Positions 11,847 to 23,256 of a DNA stretch of 64,000 nucleotides are shown here, piece by piece. Position 1 is the first letter of the stretch. Every line of letters starts with the position of its first letter. Origin of the DNA: Spirochaetaceae bacterium (lineage in GTDB: Bacteria; Spirochaetota; Spirochaetia; DSM-2461). The position numbers were made by a program, and so were the translations under genes. The notes beneath the pieces were generated by a model that was given only the letters and a program-made list of their open reading frames with translations, ran no database searches and was not told the DNA's origin. The DNA lies in NCBI GenBank assembly GCA_965224705.1, contig OZ245056.1, positions 192,001-256,000 on the forward strand, written 5' to 3'.

Positions 11847-13370
11847 TTAGTATGCTTCGGGAAGTGGCAGAGGTTGGAAATCTGGAGGAATTTCTGCTCG
11901 AACCAGGTGGACCATCACTTCAGGAACAACGACATTTCCAGAATCATCCCTGCCCATTTTCCCATGTTGAGCCGCTTTGTCCAGAATAAATTCAAGAAAT
12001 CGGGGCTGAAAATCTGTTCCCGGCTCTCTAATCAAGGTTTCAGCGATATCTCCCGTATCGAGAACGGCAACATGGAAACTTCCTGCCTCCCCTCCCCCAC
12101 GGCCGTCATCAAACCATGGAGCCAACATCATAACATGCCAATACTGATGCAGGGCTATTGGGTCGCCCTCACCGACATCAGGAACAAAACGGGAATTAAT
12201 CGCAGCCAGATAAATAGAACCCGGATGAATGGATGCCAGTTGATACAGAGCCGGTACCAGGTTTCCAAGTTCATAGCCGATGTCCTTCTTATGAGGAATC
12301 CCAAAGAGATTTCCTGTGTTCAGCACATCTTTTTCATCTGAATCAAGATCCCGTCGAATACGTGCGGACTCTATTCGCTGGGCAAGATTTCTATTCCAGT
12401 CCAATCCAAACAGCGGATCTCGAATGAAACTGTTATTCTCTCGAATTTCCTGACCGGCAGCTGACCGGGATTCACTCCAGGAATTCCAATTCCCCGACTG
12501 AGCCGATTTCCGCAGGGGATCGATATCCAGGTATTCCTGACCAGGTTTACCGGCCCAGGCTGAATACATGCCATCAGCAACCCATTTCACAAATCCTGCA
12601 CAATTTAAACCAGTCCTGCCTGATGGAACAGCGTTGACAGGCAGTGCTTCTCCTGTTTCAATCAATACATTTCGTCCGCCTCCATCAATGGCGGCATCAT
12701 CAAATTCAACTATTCTATCAGTGTAAGGCTGTATCTTTTTTACCAGAGTTTCAACTCGACGATAACCATGCCGCCGGGGATCGGGGAAGATTAGATTCCA
12801 ATCGATTAACCGATCAGTACTGGAGATTATCTCAGCAAAGGATGACAGTACCAACTCGTTAAATGAGGAAGGTATGATGACATCATCCCCCAGCTGCTGA
12901 CCGTAAAGATGGACATCAAGACGACTCCGGTTCTCGTCTTTTGGAAATATACGGACGAAGCTTTCCTCATCATCCTGCAGGAATACTTTGGCCTGTATGA
13001 ATTCACCGGTCAGCATACTCTTCTTTATAATCCATGTTCCCCTGCCCCAGAGTGGATATTCTCCATCCATGTCATTTCCCCGCTGATTGCGGAATATGAG
13101 ATACCACTCAAGAATCATCTCCCTCAATTCAAACTGAACTATCCGCCCATCTGAACGCTGCCTGAGGACGCGAAATGAGGTTTCATCTGATGGATAGGAA
13201 GGAGACATGACAAGGTGCTGCAAAAAACGCCGACTCTCCCCGTTTTCTGGAAAATTTGACCGGGCAAGCATCTGGCGAAACAGTGCCAGATTGGTTTCAT
13301 CAGCTCGAATTCCAATTATTGCCACTGCGGCTGTCAAAGAAATAAAGAGAAATACTCGTTTTTTGTTCAT
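11847..13370 (-). CDS. Conserved exported hypothetical protein
   Basis: 507-aa ORF with N-terminal signal peptide, GLNCAGFVKWVADG motif; ATG overlaps the der stop. Confidence 0.7.
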   Translation of the reverse strand: MNKKRVFLFISLTAAVAIIGIRADETNLALFRQMLARSNFPENGESRRFLQHLVMSPSYPSDETSFRVLRQRSDGRIVQFELREMILEWYLIFRNQRGNDMDGEYPLWGRGTWIIKKSMLTGEFIQAKVFLQDDEESFVRIFPKDENRSRLDVHLYGQQLGDDVIIPSSFNELVLSSFAEIISSTDRLIDWNLIFPDPRRHGYRRVETLVKKIQPYTDRIVEFDDAAIDGGGRNVLIETGEALPVNAVPSGRTGLNCAGFVKWVADGMYSAWAGKPGQEYLDIDPLRKSAQSGNWNSWSESRSAAGQEIRENNSFIRDPLFGLDWNRNLAQRIESARIRRDLDSDEKDVLNTGNLFGIPHKKDIGYELGNLVPALYQLASIHPGSIYLAAINSRFVPDVGEGDPIALHQYWHVMMLAPWFDDGRGGGEAGSFHVAVLDTGDIAETLIREPGTDFQPRFLEFILDKAAQHGKMGRDDSGNVVVPEVMVHLVRAEIPPDFQPLPLPEAY

Positions 13371-14707
13371 TTTTTTCCCTCCCTGAGTTCCAGTATGACC
13401 GGAACCAGATTGAAACTGAAATCACGGCGGATCTGATTGACAAGGAAGCGGCGGTAGGAATCAGGGAAACCAGTTTTTCTGTTGACAAATGCTACAAATC
13501 GTATTGGTCTGGTAGAAACCTGGGTAATATACTTAATTCTGAACGATCGTCCATTCCGTGATGGCGGTGGAGTCAAATCGACCCACTCAGCCTTGGCCCG
13601 ATTTAATTCTGCCGTATCCACTCGCCTGCTCTGCTGCTGATCAGCTTCGATAACAAGATCCAGCAATTTTGATATATTGTATCCGTAGATGGCTGAAACA
13701 GGCATGATGGGAGCCCACTCCAGAACAGGAAACTGAAAATGAATTCGATCAACCATCGTCTCCAGTCTTTTGGGATCAGGGTTTTCTTCATCCCATTTGT
13801 TGATAACGATAACTATGGATTTACCCTTTTTGAGGGCCAGAGCGGCGATTTTCTTATCCTGATCAGTAAGCCCCGCATCAACATCAATCAGGAGGATGGT
13901 AACGTCAGCCTCGGACATGGACCTTACAGCCCGGTTAACCGAGTAATATTCAACATTCCCGGCCACTTTTGTTCGACGGCGCATACCGGCTGTATCGATG
14001 ATCCTTACTGACCGATCCCTGTATTGAGTCTCTCCAATTACAACATCCCGTGTTGTACCGGCAATTTCCGACACCAGAGAACTATCTTTGCCGATCATCT
14101 GATTGAGAAGTGTCGACTTGCCGGCATTGGGCCTGCCGACAATGGTAAGCACCAGCGATCCATCATCTCCTGTTTCACTGCTGTTTCCTGCATCGTTTCC
14201 CCATACCTTCTTCAGCTGTTTTCTCATGGCTTCCTTGAGTAAGTCCATGTTTCTCCCATGAACAGCCGAAATGGAGATGGGGTTTCCCATACCAAGTGCT
14301 TCAAACTCCCATGCCATGCAGTCTTTCTCAATGCTGTCAGCTTTGTTGACAGCCAGTATAACTTTGCTTGAGAATACACGAAGTTCATCGGTGATAAACT
14401 GATCCTCTGCTGTTTTTATTCCCAGTTCCAGTACAAAGAGAATAACATCTGCATTCTTCATCTCCAGACGTGCCCGGTCTGCAACCAGACTGTCAAAGTC
14501 ACCATCAGGATCGGCTTTAATTCCCCCTGTATCAATAAGAGATATCAGGATTCCCCCTAAAGAACAGTCTTCCTCAATAACATCACGGGTAACACCGGGT
14601 AGAGGAGCGGTAATGGCACGGTGTCGACCCAGAAGTCGATTGAACAGTGTCGATTTACCAACATTGGGACGTCCCACAATGACTACTCTTGGTTTTCTAT
14701 CAGTCAA
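13367..14707 (-). CDS. der: Ribosome biogenesis GTPase Der (EngA)
   Basis: Two G domains (GRPNVGKS/DTGG/NKAD and GRPNAGKS/DTAG/NKWD) plus KH-like tail. Confidence 0.97.
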   Translation of the reverse strand: MTDRKPRVVIVGRPNVGKSTLFNRLLGRHRAITAPLPGVTRDVIEEDCSLGGILISLIDTGGIKADPDGDFDSLVADRARLEMKNADVILFVLELGIKTAEDQFITDELRVFSSKVILAVNKADSIEKDCMAWEFEALGMGNPISISAVHGRNMDLLKEAMRKQLKKVWGNDAGNSSETGDDGSLVLTIVGRPNAGKSTLLNQMIGKDSSLVSEIAGTTRDVVIGETQYRDRSVRIIDTAGMRRRTKVAGNVEYYSVNRAVRSMSEADVTILLIDVDAGLTDQDKKIAALALKKGKSIVIVINKWDEENPDPKRLETMVDRIHFQFPVLEWAPIMPVSAIYGYNISKLLDLVIEADQQQSRRVDTAELNRAKAEWVDLTPPPSRNGRSFRIKYITQVSTRPIRFVAFVNRKTGFPDSYRRFLVNQIRRDFSFNLVPVILELREGKK

Positions 14708-14956
14708 ATAGATATCCTGTATCTTTCATAAGTAAGGCAGTATCCACCGCATAAGCCAGTACACTGCTTTCTGAAACATATATCGACCAGATGACGTGTT
14801 TTTCTTCGGGAATACGTGAAGAACCGGCAGAGATTTATCTCCCCTGAGGATGAAATCTGCTGTAATATCTCATTCATCTCCAGAAAAACATGGAACTTGA
14901 GCTGCATGGAACACATACAGGTCTTCTAATTCCATGAAATGCTTCTATAATATAGT

Positions 14957-15712
14957 ATGAAATCTTCAAGAACGAAAAACTACCATTCTGTTTCTCCAGG
15001 GACGACCCAGAAACAGACAAATCAAACCCACCGCATTGATTTCGTTACAATAATCCTTGTTTCAATCACTATAATACTTCTTATCCTTGTATTGATTTTC
15101 CTGATAATCAGTCAGATTTCAAGAAAAAACGGAGTCGAATACAGCCAGAATCCCGTTATTGAACGTGTCAAAGATCCTGTCATACAGGCCGATCCTGTCG
15201 AACCCATTCTGGAACTTGGAACACCAGAACTCAAGGCGGAAAACATGCCCGATGTAAAGGCTCCATCAGTCGATACAGAAATAACAGGACAGGATAAAGC
15301 CCGTCTGTTTTTTATCAAGTTCATTGATGAACAGAAGATTGTTACAAAAAGTGTATTGCGGGATGTCTCTTCCTCCAAAACCCCGTTAACCATGGCCATC
15401 CAATCCCTCCTGGATGGTCCCCGGGCTGGTGAATTGAGTAATGACATGTTTACTCTGATACCCAAGGATTCCAGGCTTCTTGGAGCTCGTGTCGATAATT
15501 CTGTGGCTTATCTTGATTTTAACGAGGACTTTCGTTTCAACACACTGGGAATTGATGGCTACAGGGCCCAGGTTGAGCAAATTGTTTACACGGCGACTGA
15601 ATTACCCACTGTTGACAAGGTTCAAATCCTGATAGACGGTCAGAGGGTGGATTATCTTGGCGGGGAAGGATTCTGGGTTGGGAGTCCATTGGGACGGGAA
15701 GATTTTAAGTAA
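14957..15712 (+). CDS. GerMN-domain membrane protein
   Basis: N-terminal TM; LLDGP...IPKDSRLLG...AYLDFNEDF...QIVYTATE...VQILIDG. Confidence 0.85.
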   Translation: MKSSRTKNYHSVSPGTTQKQTNQTHRIDFVTIILVSITIILLILVLIFLIISQISRKNGVEYSQNPVIERVKDPVIQADPVEPILELGTPELKAENMPDVKAPSVDTEITGQDKARLFFIKFIDEQKIVTKSVLRDVSSSKTPLTMAIQSLLDGPRAGELSNDMFTLIPKDSRLLGARVDNSVAYLDFNEDFRFNTLGIDGYRAQVEQIVYTATELPTVDKVQILIDGQRVDYLGGEGFWVGSPLGREDFK

Positions 15713-15721
15713 GGACATTTC

Positions 15722-16528
15722 TCAAGGGTTTTTCGCCATCCCTGTTTCAAGTGCCCTGTCTATCTTTTGATTGATATCAACTTCATCCGAACATCGAACA
15801 GCAGAGAGAAGGAAGAAGACTTCTACATTGCCGCGGCGGCCGGTTAAGGGTGAAACAACCGCGTCGTGGATAAACACCTGATCCCTCTCTAAATCCTCTT
15901 TGAGCCTGAAAAGAACCTCCCGGCGAGCTTCCATGGTTTTCACCACACCATTGAAATTCCTCTCCCGGGGATTTTCAAACTGCGGCTTTATCAGGGCCAG
16001 CAGATATCCCCCTCTGATAAGCTTAAGGATATGGGCGGCTGCTCCCCGAATTGAACGGAAGGCAAGATCGGCCACGGCAAGCTGTGCCGGCGGTTTCAGA
16101 TGACCGGGATTCAAACTCATGATATTGGTTCTCTCATAGATTGTGACTTCAGGATGAGTTCTCAGCTTCCACGCAAGCTGATTATATCCCACATCTATGG
16201 CATGGATGTGTCTGGCTCCCCGCTGCAGCAGACAATCTGTAAAACCGCCTGTCGATGCCCCCGCATCTATACAAACCCTACCCTCCGGATGGAAGTCCAG
16301 GCTATCCAGCACGCAATCGAGTTTTACCCCTCCCCGGCTGACAAATTGTTTTGTCTCATGGAAGAAATCAGAGTCAGGGGATACCAATGCTCCGGGATCT
16401 CTCACGAGTTCACCATCAACATATATCTCACCACACAAAATGGCGGCGTATATATCCTGCCTGGACATATCAGACCAGATCGCATCAAGTTGAAGCAGCA
16501 GGGGCTTTCGAGTTGGCTTCGGAGGCAT
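15722..16528 (-). CDS. tlyA: TlyA-family RNA methyltransferase
   Basis: S4-like N-terminus, FVSRGGVKL, DAGASTGGFTDCLLQRGA, LIKPQFE. Confidence 0.93.
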   Translation of the reverse strand: MPPKPTRKPLLLQLDAIWSDMSRQDIYAAILCGEIYVDGELVRDPGALVSPDSDFFHETKQFVSRGGVKLDCVLDSLDFHPEGRVCIDAGASTGGFTDCLLQRGARHIHAIDVGYNQLAWKLRTHPEVTIYERTNIMSLNPGHLKPPAQLAVADLAFRSIRGAAAHILKLIRGGYLLALIKPQFENPRERNFNGVVKTMEARREVLFRLKEDLERDQVFIHDAVVSPLTGRRGNVEVFFLLSAVRCSDEVDINQKIDRALETGMAKNP

Positions 16529-16593
16529 TCAACTTCCTTTGAGCGGAGATAGAATCCCTGCGGTTTGAGCACTTCTTCTCCCGGCAGGCAGGA

Positions 16594-18123
16594 TTATCGG
16601 GCGTATTCGACAACCCGGGTTTCACGGATAATGGTTACCCGTATACGGCCGGGATACTTGAGTCGGCTTTCAACTTCCCTGGCAATGTCTTTTGCCAGTG
16701 TCCGGGCCCGCTGGTCATTCACCTGGGCATGGTTGACCATGATTCTCAGTTCACGGCCAGCCTGAATCGCAAAGACTTTCTCAACTCCATCAAATGACAG
16801 TGCAATCTTCTCCAGATTCTCCAGGCGCTTGATGTAGTGATCCAGAGATTCTCGTCTCGCACCAGGCCGGGCAGCCGAAATGGCATCAGCCAGTTGAACG
16901 ATGACACCTTCCAGTGAAGAAATCTCTTCATCGTTGTGATGGGCTGCTATGGCATTAATCACCCTGGGATCTTCACCCAGATGCCGGGCTAATTCTCCAC
17001 CAATCTCCGCATGTCCGCCTTCACGGTCAGTTTCCTGACCTTTTCCAATATCATGGAGTAAGGCACCACGTTTTGCAATCATAACATCGGCACCCACTTC
17101 ACTGGCAATCATTCCGGCAATAATGGCCACTTCCTTTGAGTGAGAGAGAACATTCTGACCGCTGCTTGTTCGAAAATGAAGTCGCCCCAGGGCCTTGATG
17201 CCCTCAGGCCGCATACCATGGATGCCAAGTTCGAATAAAACCCGTTCTCCCTCCTCGAAGATAACCTGCTCAATTTCCTTTGCCACCTTGTGCACTATTT
17301 CTTCTATCCTGGCAGGATGAATACGGCCATCTTCAATAAGCCGTTCAAGAGCGGTTTTCGCAATACTCTTGCGAATCGGATCAAAACAGGATATGACGAC
17401 AGCTTCAGGGGTATCATCAATTATAATATCCACACCGGTAAGAGTTTCCAATGTCCGAATATTGCGCCCCTCCCGGCCGATTATCTTCCCTTTCATATCA
17501 TCATTAGGCAGGGTAACCGAAGTGACTGATACTTCTGTTGTAACCTCAGTAGCAAGCCGTTGAATAGTTGAAACAAGAATACTCCGTGACTTCCTCTCCG
17601 CTATGTTTTGAGTTTCCTGTTCAATTTTATTGAGAATAACCTGGGCATCGTGCCTGGCCTCATTCTCAATCGTCTGCATTATTATTTTCTTAGCTTCCTC
17701 GGCTGATAGACTGGCAATCCTCTCTAATTCGGTCAGCCAGCGTTTCTCCTCTTCGGCCAGTCTGTTTTCCCTGGAACTGCAATTCTTCTCTCTCTTACTG
17801 AACAATGATTGACGTTTTTCGAAATCAGCAATTTTTCTCTCAAGGTTATCTTCTTTCTGCTGAATACGCATCTCATATTGCTGGATCTGGGAACGCTGTT
17901 CTCTACCTTCCTTTTCAAGGAGTCTTCTTTCTTCCAATATTTCATCCTGAGCTTCCAGAAGCATTTTTTTCTTTGCGTTCTCAATATCATGAAGCCAGTC
18001 TTTTTCTTTTCTGCGGGCTTCATTTTCTGATGAAGAGTGTCTTATCTTTGTGTAAATCCATCGAACAGACCATCCAATGACTAAACTACCGAGGGCAATT
18101 ATTATCAACTGTACGATGTTCAC
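16594..18123 (-). CDS. rny: Ribonuclease Y
   Basis: N-terminal TM, coiled coil, KH (GKIIGREGRNIR) and HD (LLHDIGK) domains; likely start is GTG at 18123 behind a GGGAGA SD. Confidence 0.97.
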   Translation of the reverse strand: MNIVQLIIIALGSLVIGWSVRWIYTKIRHSSSENEARRKEKDWLHDIENAKKKMLLEAQDEILEERRLLEKEGREQRSQIQQYEMRIQQKEDNLERKIADFEKRQSLFSKREKNCSSRENRLAEEEKRWLTELERIASLSAEEAKKIIMQTIENEARHDAQVILNKIEQETQNIAERKSRSILVSTIQRLATEVTTEVSVTSVTLPNDDMKGKIIGREGRNIRTLETLTGVDIIIDDTPEAVVISCFDPIRKSIAKTALERLIEDGRIHPARIEEIVHKVAKEIEQVIFEEGERVLFELGIHGMRPEGIKALGRLHFRTSSGQNVLSHSKEVAIIAGMIASEVGADVMIAKRGALLHDIGKGQETDREGGHAEIGGELARHLGEDPRVINAIAAHHNDEEISSLEGVIVQLADAISAARPGARRESLDHYIKRLENLEKIALSFDGVEKVFAIQAGRELRIMVNHAQVNDQRARTLAKDIAREVESRLKYPGRIRVTIIRETRVVEYAR

Positions 18124-18271
18124 ATAATTCTCCCTTAGTAAGTATTCCCTTAATAAATATATAATTAACAATTATACATTCAGAGAGACTAAGGTCAAGC
18201 AAAATTTCCAAAGACAATCGACTTTGAATAAACCAGTTGGAAAAGAGTGGTACTGAAACCTGGAAAAGTTC

Positions 18272-18298
18272 CTCCGGACCGATTCAAACAGTCCGGAG
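18272..18298. terminator. Hairpin, putative terminator after the Gld-like ABC operon
   Basis: ctccggac...gtccggag inverted repeat directly after the 18306 stop. Confidence 0.5.
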
Positions 18299-18305
18299 AA
18301 GACCT

Positions 18306-19220
18306 TTACTCTTCGGAACTCTCCGATGAGAATCCTTCCAGAATACTGTCGCCAACATAGGAAGAGATTATCACGGGGAATGGATAACTCGATGCAATAA
18401 CCGGATACCCTCTGTCATCCTGGTTGAAAAACCTGATTGTAACGGCTGTTTCTCCAGTCAGAGTCAGAACAGCGGCGGCATTTTTCTCATCGGGAGGATT
18501 CTCAGGAAAATCCGTTGCTCTCAAAGAAGTAAATCTTCCGAGTATTTCATTCACCTTTTCGGTAGCCCAGACAACTTCATTCGAATCAGTCCAGGTTTCT
18601 TCTTCATTTTTTGTGAGCACAATGTCAGCCTGGTCATCGGCGGTGTATTTTATAGAAGTGACGGTACTGCGGTTTAACTCAAGAACCAGCTTGTCACGGA
18701 ATGATTCAGGATCCCTTGAAAGAGTTTCAACCATTGTTCCCCGAACTGTATAAACACTCCTGTACCCTGGAAAAAGAACATAATTGTATTTGTTGGATGA
18801 TGAAGTTTTCCCAAAAAATACTTCCCTCAGCAAGTCTTCCTTACTGTATCCTCTCAGGGTATAGCGGCCCTCCTCATCCAACTCATATCGTCCATATTTC
18901 CCCGATTCGGAGACCAGATCGATGGGAGTGGGTTTTTCAAGGAAATCCAGCATGCGATTGACCACAGTTGGGTCTGCAGGATAGTTGTCTGAAATAGTCC
19001 ACTGCCCTCCATTTTTTTCCATACTCAACGGATTTCCATCGGGTGGAAGGATCTCCAGTCTTGAAAACTCATCTGTACTGAGTTCCGGAAATGATGGAAG
19101 GGTGTAATTTATGTCGTTCCTTTCCCTGAAGCTGATGTAGATTATGCATATCAGAGCAATAACCCCAAGTATTACAAAACTTCTGACATCTTTCTCTGTC
19201 AGATTAAGTTTCATCTTCAT
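18306..19220 (-). CDS. DUF4340-domain protein
   Basis: N-terminal TM; last gene of a GldA/F/G-like operon; YPAD..V...L and FRDK motifs. Confidence 0.75.
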   Translation of the reverse strand: MKMKLNLTEKDVRSFVILGVIALICIIYISFRERNDINYTLPSFPELSTDEFSRLEILPPDGNPLSMEKNGGQWTISDNYPADPTVVNRMLDFLEKPTPIDLVSESGKYGRYELDEEGRYTLRGYSKEDLLREVFFGKTSSSNKYNYVLFPGYRSVYTVRGTMVETLSRDPESFRDKLVLELNRSTVTSIKYTADDQADIVLTKNEEETWTDSNEVVWATEKVNEILGRFTSLRATDFPENPPDEKNAAAVLTLTGETAVTIRFFNQDDRGYPVIASSYPFPVIISSYVGDSILEGFSSESSEE

Positions 19221-21361
19221 TACTCAACCTCCCTGCTGAAGAGAAGTTCTATCCGTTTCTTTCTTGATATACTCCGCAGCAGCACGACTATCCCGACAAA
19301 GATCACAATGACTGGCAATCCCACAATGTTGAATCCCTTAACCAGACGCCTGAATGCTACAGAGGTTTCACTCAGGGGACTGTAGGTTTGCCCCTTACTC
19401 CGCATCCTTGCATAATCTTCCCTGTTACTCAGGGTATCGACAAGGTTAAGAAGAAATGCGGCATTGGCACTCCTGCCCTCTGCATCCAGAATATTGTCCA
19501 TGAGCAATGTGCTGCTCCCAATAACAAAAATCTTTCCATCACCGGAATCTATCTGTACCATATCGGCAGCAGCTTGATCAGACGAAAAAACGGCCAGTGC
19601 ATCATCATTGTCCGCATCGTCTGTATCTTCCTCCTCAACAGGAGGGTCCGGGATGGACTTTCCTTTGAAGTAACTTGACTTTGTGCCATCGATAAAAACA
19701 GCCGCATTCATTGTAAGCCGCTGATCATCCGAGGGAGGATAGATGGTGGTGGGATTGTAGAGATTGATCTGCTCCCGCATCTCCCAGGATTTTGCCGAAG
19801 ATCGAAACAGTACCCGGGGTTCTACCCCCGAAGCAGCATCAGTACTCACTGTCAGCGGTGAATTGCTCAGAAGCAGGATTCGTTTTATGCTGCCCATCAC
19901 AACGGATTCGGATTCGATAGTCTCCCTTTCAATGTATGGAGCGAAGTAGTACTTGATTTCCCGTAAACCACCTGTCTGATCCCGTTGAGTTTGAACGTAG
20001 CTGTTTTCATCCAGAATGTAACTGTTCTCAACCGTTATGCCATAATGGGCTAACAGAGGTTCCAAACCTGTGTTTCGAGGCAGGTATGCCGGAGGCTGTG
20101 CATTGTAGGGATTTCCTCCAGAAGTATCAATTGCTGTCATGGAGTCAATGAAAAACCCTATGGAATTGCCCTTCATAATATACTGATCCAGTTGAAAGAG
20201 TTCCCACTCAGAAAAACCTTCTCGGGGACTGACGATGAGGAGCGTACTCACATCGGAAGGGATTCCATCAGCCAGAGAAACATCGACCAGATCATAGTTT
20301 TTCCCCAACAGATTCTGGAGATTATTCATCCCGGGTTCATTCTGCCCCTGTGGAGCACCGTATATACTCCGGGAATTATGATCGGAAAGAAATCCTACTC
20401 TGGGATCAATTCCAACGAAAGTATCCACGATACCAGGAAGAACACCAATCAGTGCCGCTGTATCTTCAATACTGTAGTTGCCAAATATACTCCGCTTAAA
20501 GAGATTGACTGCCCGTGCTGTAACACCGTTGTCTATTACCAGACTGGCATAAACCGTCTTATTAACAGGATTATTCGGCGGACCAAGCGGAATGGTAAGG
20601 GACGAAAGATTGTACTCCTGTGGAGACTTCTCACCGGCTGCAAGATTCTCAGGATCAATTCGTTTGAAATCCAGCCGTCCATAATACTGCCGGTTCAATT
20701 CTTCCACTTTGTCGGCAAAATCACCCGGGTATGCCGCCAGGGATGCAACGTTCTTCTCCAGGGAAGATGACAGGTAGAGCTTCAGTTGAATATTCTTATC
20801 CAGCGCCAGCAGTGTTCCTGTTTTATCACTCATTTTCTTCATTGTAGAAGTAATCATGAGCTCCCTGTTTTCTCCCACATCCAGAACGGGAATGGTCTCA
20901 ATAAGATCCCCCTGAATGAATACAATCCCCATGAAGGCACTCACCAGAGTGACCTCATCAGCTTCAACCTTTTGAATCTGTATTGGATTGATGCCATAGC
21001 TCCGTGCATCGGCACGGTTGGCCAGGGAGTCTTCACTTTCACCTGTGCTTTCAGAACCAATTGAATGGATTGAGTAATTGAAAAACTTATTGCCCCTGAG
21101 ACTGTATGCTTCCATGAGATCAGAGATCTCCTGCTCCAGATTATTATACGGCGGGGGAAGATTTTCTGAAAAATAGGCCTTGACAGTAAGGGGTTCCTCA
21201 AAGTTGGCCACCACATCTTTACTCGCCTGAGACAGGGAGTGAATTCTGTTTCTTGTTAGATCAATTCGAAAAAACAGTGTGCTGGCCGCACTGTTGATCA
21301 AAAGAATGACTACGACAAATGCTGTCCATTTTATCCATTGCCAGTTAAATTTCATCATCAA
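19220..21361 (-). CDS. GldG-like ABC transporter auxiliary component
   Basis: RIDLTRNRIHSLS, LDQYIMKG, N- and C-terminal TMs. Confidence 0.88.
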   Translation of the reverse strand: MMMKFNWQWIKWTAFVVVILLINSAASTLFFRIDLTRNRIHSLSQASKDVVANFEEPLTVKAYFSENLPPPYNNLEQEISDLMEAYSLRGNKFFNYSIHSIGSESTGESEDSLANRADARSYGINPIQIQKVEADEVTLVSAFMGIVFIQGDLIETIPVLDVGENRELMITSTMKKMSDKTGTLLALDKNIQLKLYLSSSLEKNVASLAAYPGDFADKVEELNRQYYGRLDFKRIDPENLAAGEKSPQEYNLSSLTIPLGPPNNPVNKTVYASLVIDNGVTARAVNLFKRSIFGNYSIEDTAALIGVLPGIVDTFVGIDPRVGFLSDHNSRSIYGAPQGQNEPGMNNLQNLLGKNYDLVDVSLADGIPSDVSTLLIVSPREGFSEWELFQLDQYIMKGNSIGFFIDSMTAIDTSGGNPYNAQPPAYLPRNTGLEPLLAHYGITVENSYILDENSYVQTQRDQTGGLREIKYYFAPYIERETIESESVVMGSIKRILLLSNSPLTVSTDAASGVEPRVLFRSSAKSWEMREQINLYNPTTIYPPSDDQRLTMNAAVFIDGTKSSYFKGKSIPDPPVEEEDTDDADNDDALAVFSSDQAAADMVQIDSGDGKIFVIGSSTLLMDNILDAEGRSANAAFLLNLVDTLSNREDYARMRSKGQTYSPLSETSVAFRRLVKGFNIVGLPVIVIFVGIVVLLRSISRKKRIELLFSREVE

Positions 21362-21367
21362 TCCTCC

Positions 21368-22078
21368 TCAGCGGTATTCCCGATTTATAATCCAGGCCGC
21401 ATAATGAGCCAGGAAAATGAGACTGACAAAGTAGAGAATATCTCGTGAGTCAATAATCCCCCGGCTGATGTTGGCAAAGTGATAACCTGTTCCCAGATTC
21501 TGTAAAACATTCCCCAGACCGGAAGGAATAAGGACAAGCATTTTATTCACAATGGATAAAAACAGACAGGTAACAGCCCCAATAATAAAAGCGACAATCT
21601 GATTTCGAGTGGCTGAAGAAGCCAGTATGCCTATGCCCACATAGGCCGCCGATAGAAGCAATCCTCCAAGATAGCCGCCGATTACCGGTCCCCAATCCAA
21701 CTCTCCCATAAAGGAGATGAAGATTGGATATGAAAAGGTGGATAACAGCATACATATAACGAATGCCAGCGAAGACAGACTTTTGCCAATCACAATATCC
21801 CCGGTAGTAACGGGCAGCGTTCCCAGAATTTCCATGGATCCGCTTCGGTACTCCTCAGAGAACAACCTCATGGTGATGGCCGGAATAGTGAAGCTCAGGA
21901 TGATCGGCAGCAGGTTGAAGAAGTCTCGTAAATCGGCCCGGGCAGAAAGAAAGAATGTCGAGAAAAAGAACCAGCCAGTGACGAGAAGATAAAGCGTGAG
22001 CAGGATGTAAGCACCGGGAGAGTAAAAAAAAGAAACAAATTCACGCAAAAAGATTGTCCGGGTTTGTTTTAAATTCAT
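21368..22078 (-). CDS. ABC-2 permease (GldF-like)
   Basis: PAITMRLFSEEYRSGSMEIL.TLPV; about 6 TMs. Confidence 0.9.
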   Translation of the reverse strand: MNLKQTRTIFLREFVSFFYSPGAYILLTLYLLVTGWFFFSTFFLSARADLRDFFNLLPIILSFTIPAITMRLFSEEYRSGSMEILGTLPVTTGDIVIGKSLSSLAFVICMLLSTFSYPIFISFMGELDWGPVIGGYLGGLLLSAAYVGIGILASSATRNQIVAFIIGAVTCLFLSIVNKMLVLIPSGLGNVLQNLGTGYHFANISRGIIDSRDILYFVSLIFLAHYAAWIINREYR

Positions 22079-23007
22079 TGGGATACCTCCGTTGTCAACT
22101 CTCTGAAGATGTTTTCAAGTGACTGCTTCTCCTGAACCATTTCCAGCAGCGACCAATCGCTGTTCTTTACCGTACTGTAAATCATTTCCCGCATATCTTC
22201 CGAGCCTTTTACTTCTACAGCGAGTTCACCCGCATCGTCATTTATAGAATGAGATACAATGCCATCCAGGGAATCAAAAGTTGTTTTCACCTCTTTCGGA
22301 TCTGCATTTTTGAGTCGAAGATGCAAAATACGTTCCTCCACCAGAGAAGCCTTTAAACTGTCGGCAGAACCATCAGCGACAACCTTTCCCTTATTGATAA
22401 TCACCACCCGGTCACAGGTTGCCTCAGCTTCACTGAGGATATGAGTCGAAAAAATGATAGTCTTTTCCCTGCCGATTTCTCTTATTATATTCCGAATCTC
22501 GGCAATCTGGTTGGGATCCAGACCTGATGTCGGTTCATCCAGAACCAGTATTGGGGGATCATCCATCAATGCAAGGGCAAGACCGACACGTTGACGGTAG
22601 CCCTTGGACAGACTTGATATTGATTTATGCATGACTTCACGAATACTGCATAGATTCGACAGCTTCCTTAAACGAGGCATCTTTCCGGCAGGGTCAATGC
22701 CTCGAATATCGGCAATGAAACTGAGATAGTCATAAACGATCATATCAGAATAAAGAGGTGCCGATTCGGGTAAATAACCCATCTGCGCTTTTACTTTTTG
22801 CGGTTCCTGTGTTACATCGCAATCATCAATCCGTATGCTCCCCTTATTGGACAGTAGATATCCAGTCATGATTCTCAAGGTTGTTGATTTGCCAGCACCA
22901 TTTGGTCCAAGAAGCCCGAGTATTTCTCCATGAGGGATATCAAAGCTCAGATCGTCCACAGCCAATGTGTTTCCATACCATTTGGTGAGGTTTTGGATAC
23001 TTATCAT
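22075..23007 (-). CDS. ABC transporter ATP-binding protein (GldA-like)
   Basis: GPNGAGKST, LSKGYRQR, LDEPTSGLDP. Confidence 0.95.
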   Translation of the reverse strand: MISIQNLTKWYGNTLAVDDLSFDIPHGEILGLLGPNGAGKSTTLRIMTGYLLSNKGSIRIDDCDVTQEPQKVKAQMGYLPESAPLYSDMIVYDYLSFIADIRGIDPAGKMPRLRKLSNLCSIREVMHKSISSLSKGYRQRVGLALALMDDPPILVLDEPTSGLDPNQIAEIRNIIREIGREKTIIFSTHILSEAEATCDRVVIINKGKVVADGSADSLKASLVEERILHLRLKNADPKEVKTTFDSLDGIVSHSINDDAGELAVEVKGSEDMREMIYSTVKNSDWSLLEMVQEKQSLENIFRELTTEVSQ

Positions 23008-23256
23008 TCTTCCTCCAAGTATTCCCTGCTATCTGCATCAATGTGGTTCCTTCACCATGTATCCAGGAACGATTCAGCAGAATAATGAGTTTTTGATATT
23101 CTTAAAATATTGGCAGTATTCTGACAAGTAGGTTTGTACCAGTCTTACAAGATAGTAATACGGGTTTGTGCAGTAGCAATTTTTGATCCGCTGTATGGCC
23201 GAGCGGAATAGAAGTGTTTGTCCGAAACCCGGCAGCCGAAATTCAGATTACTGTAA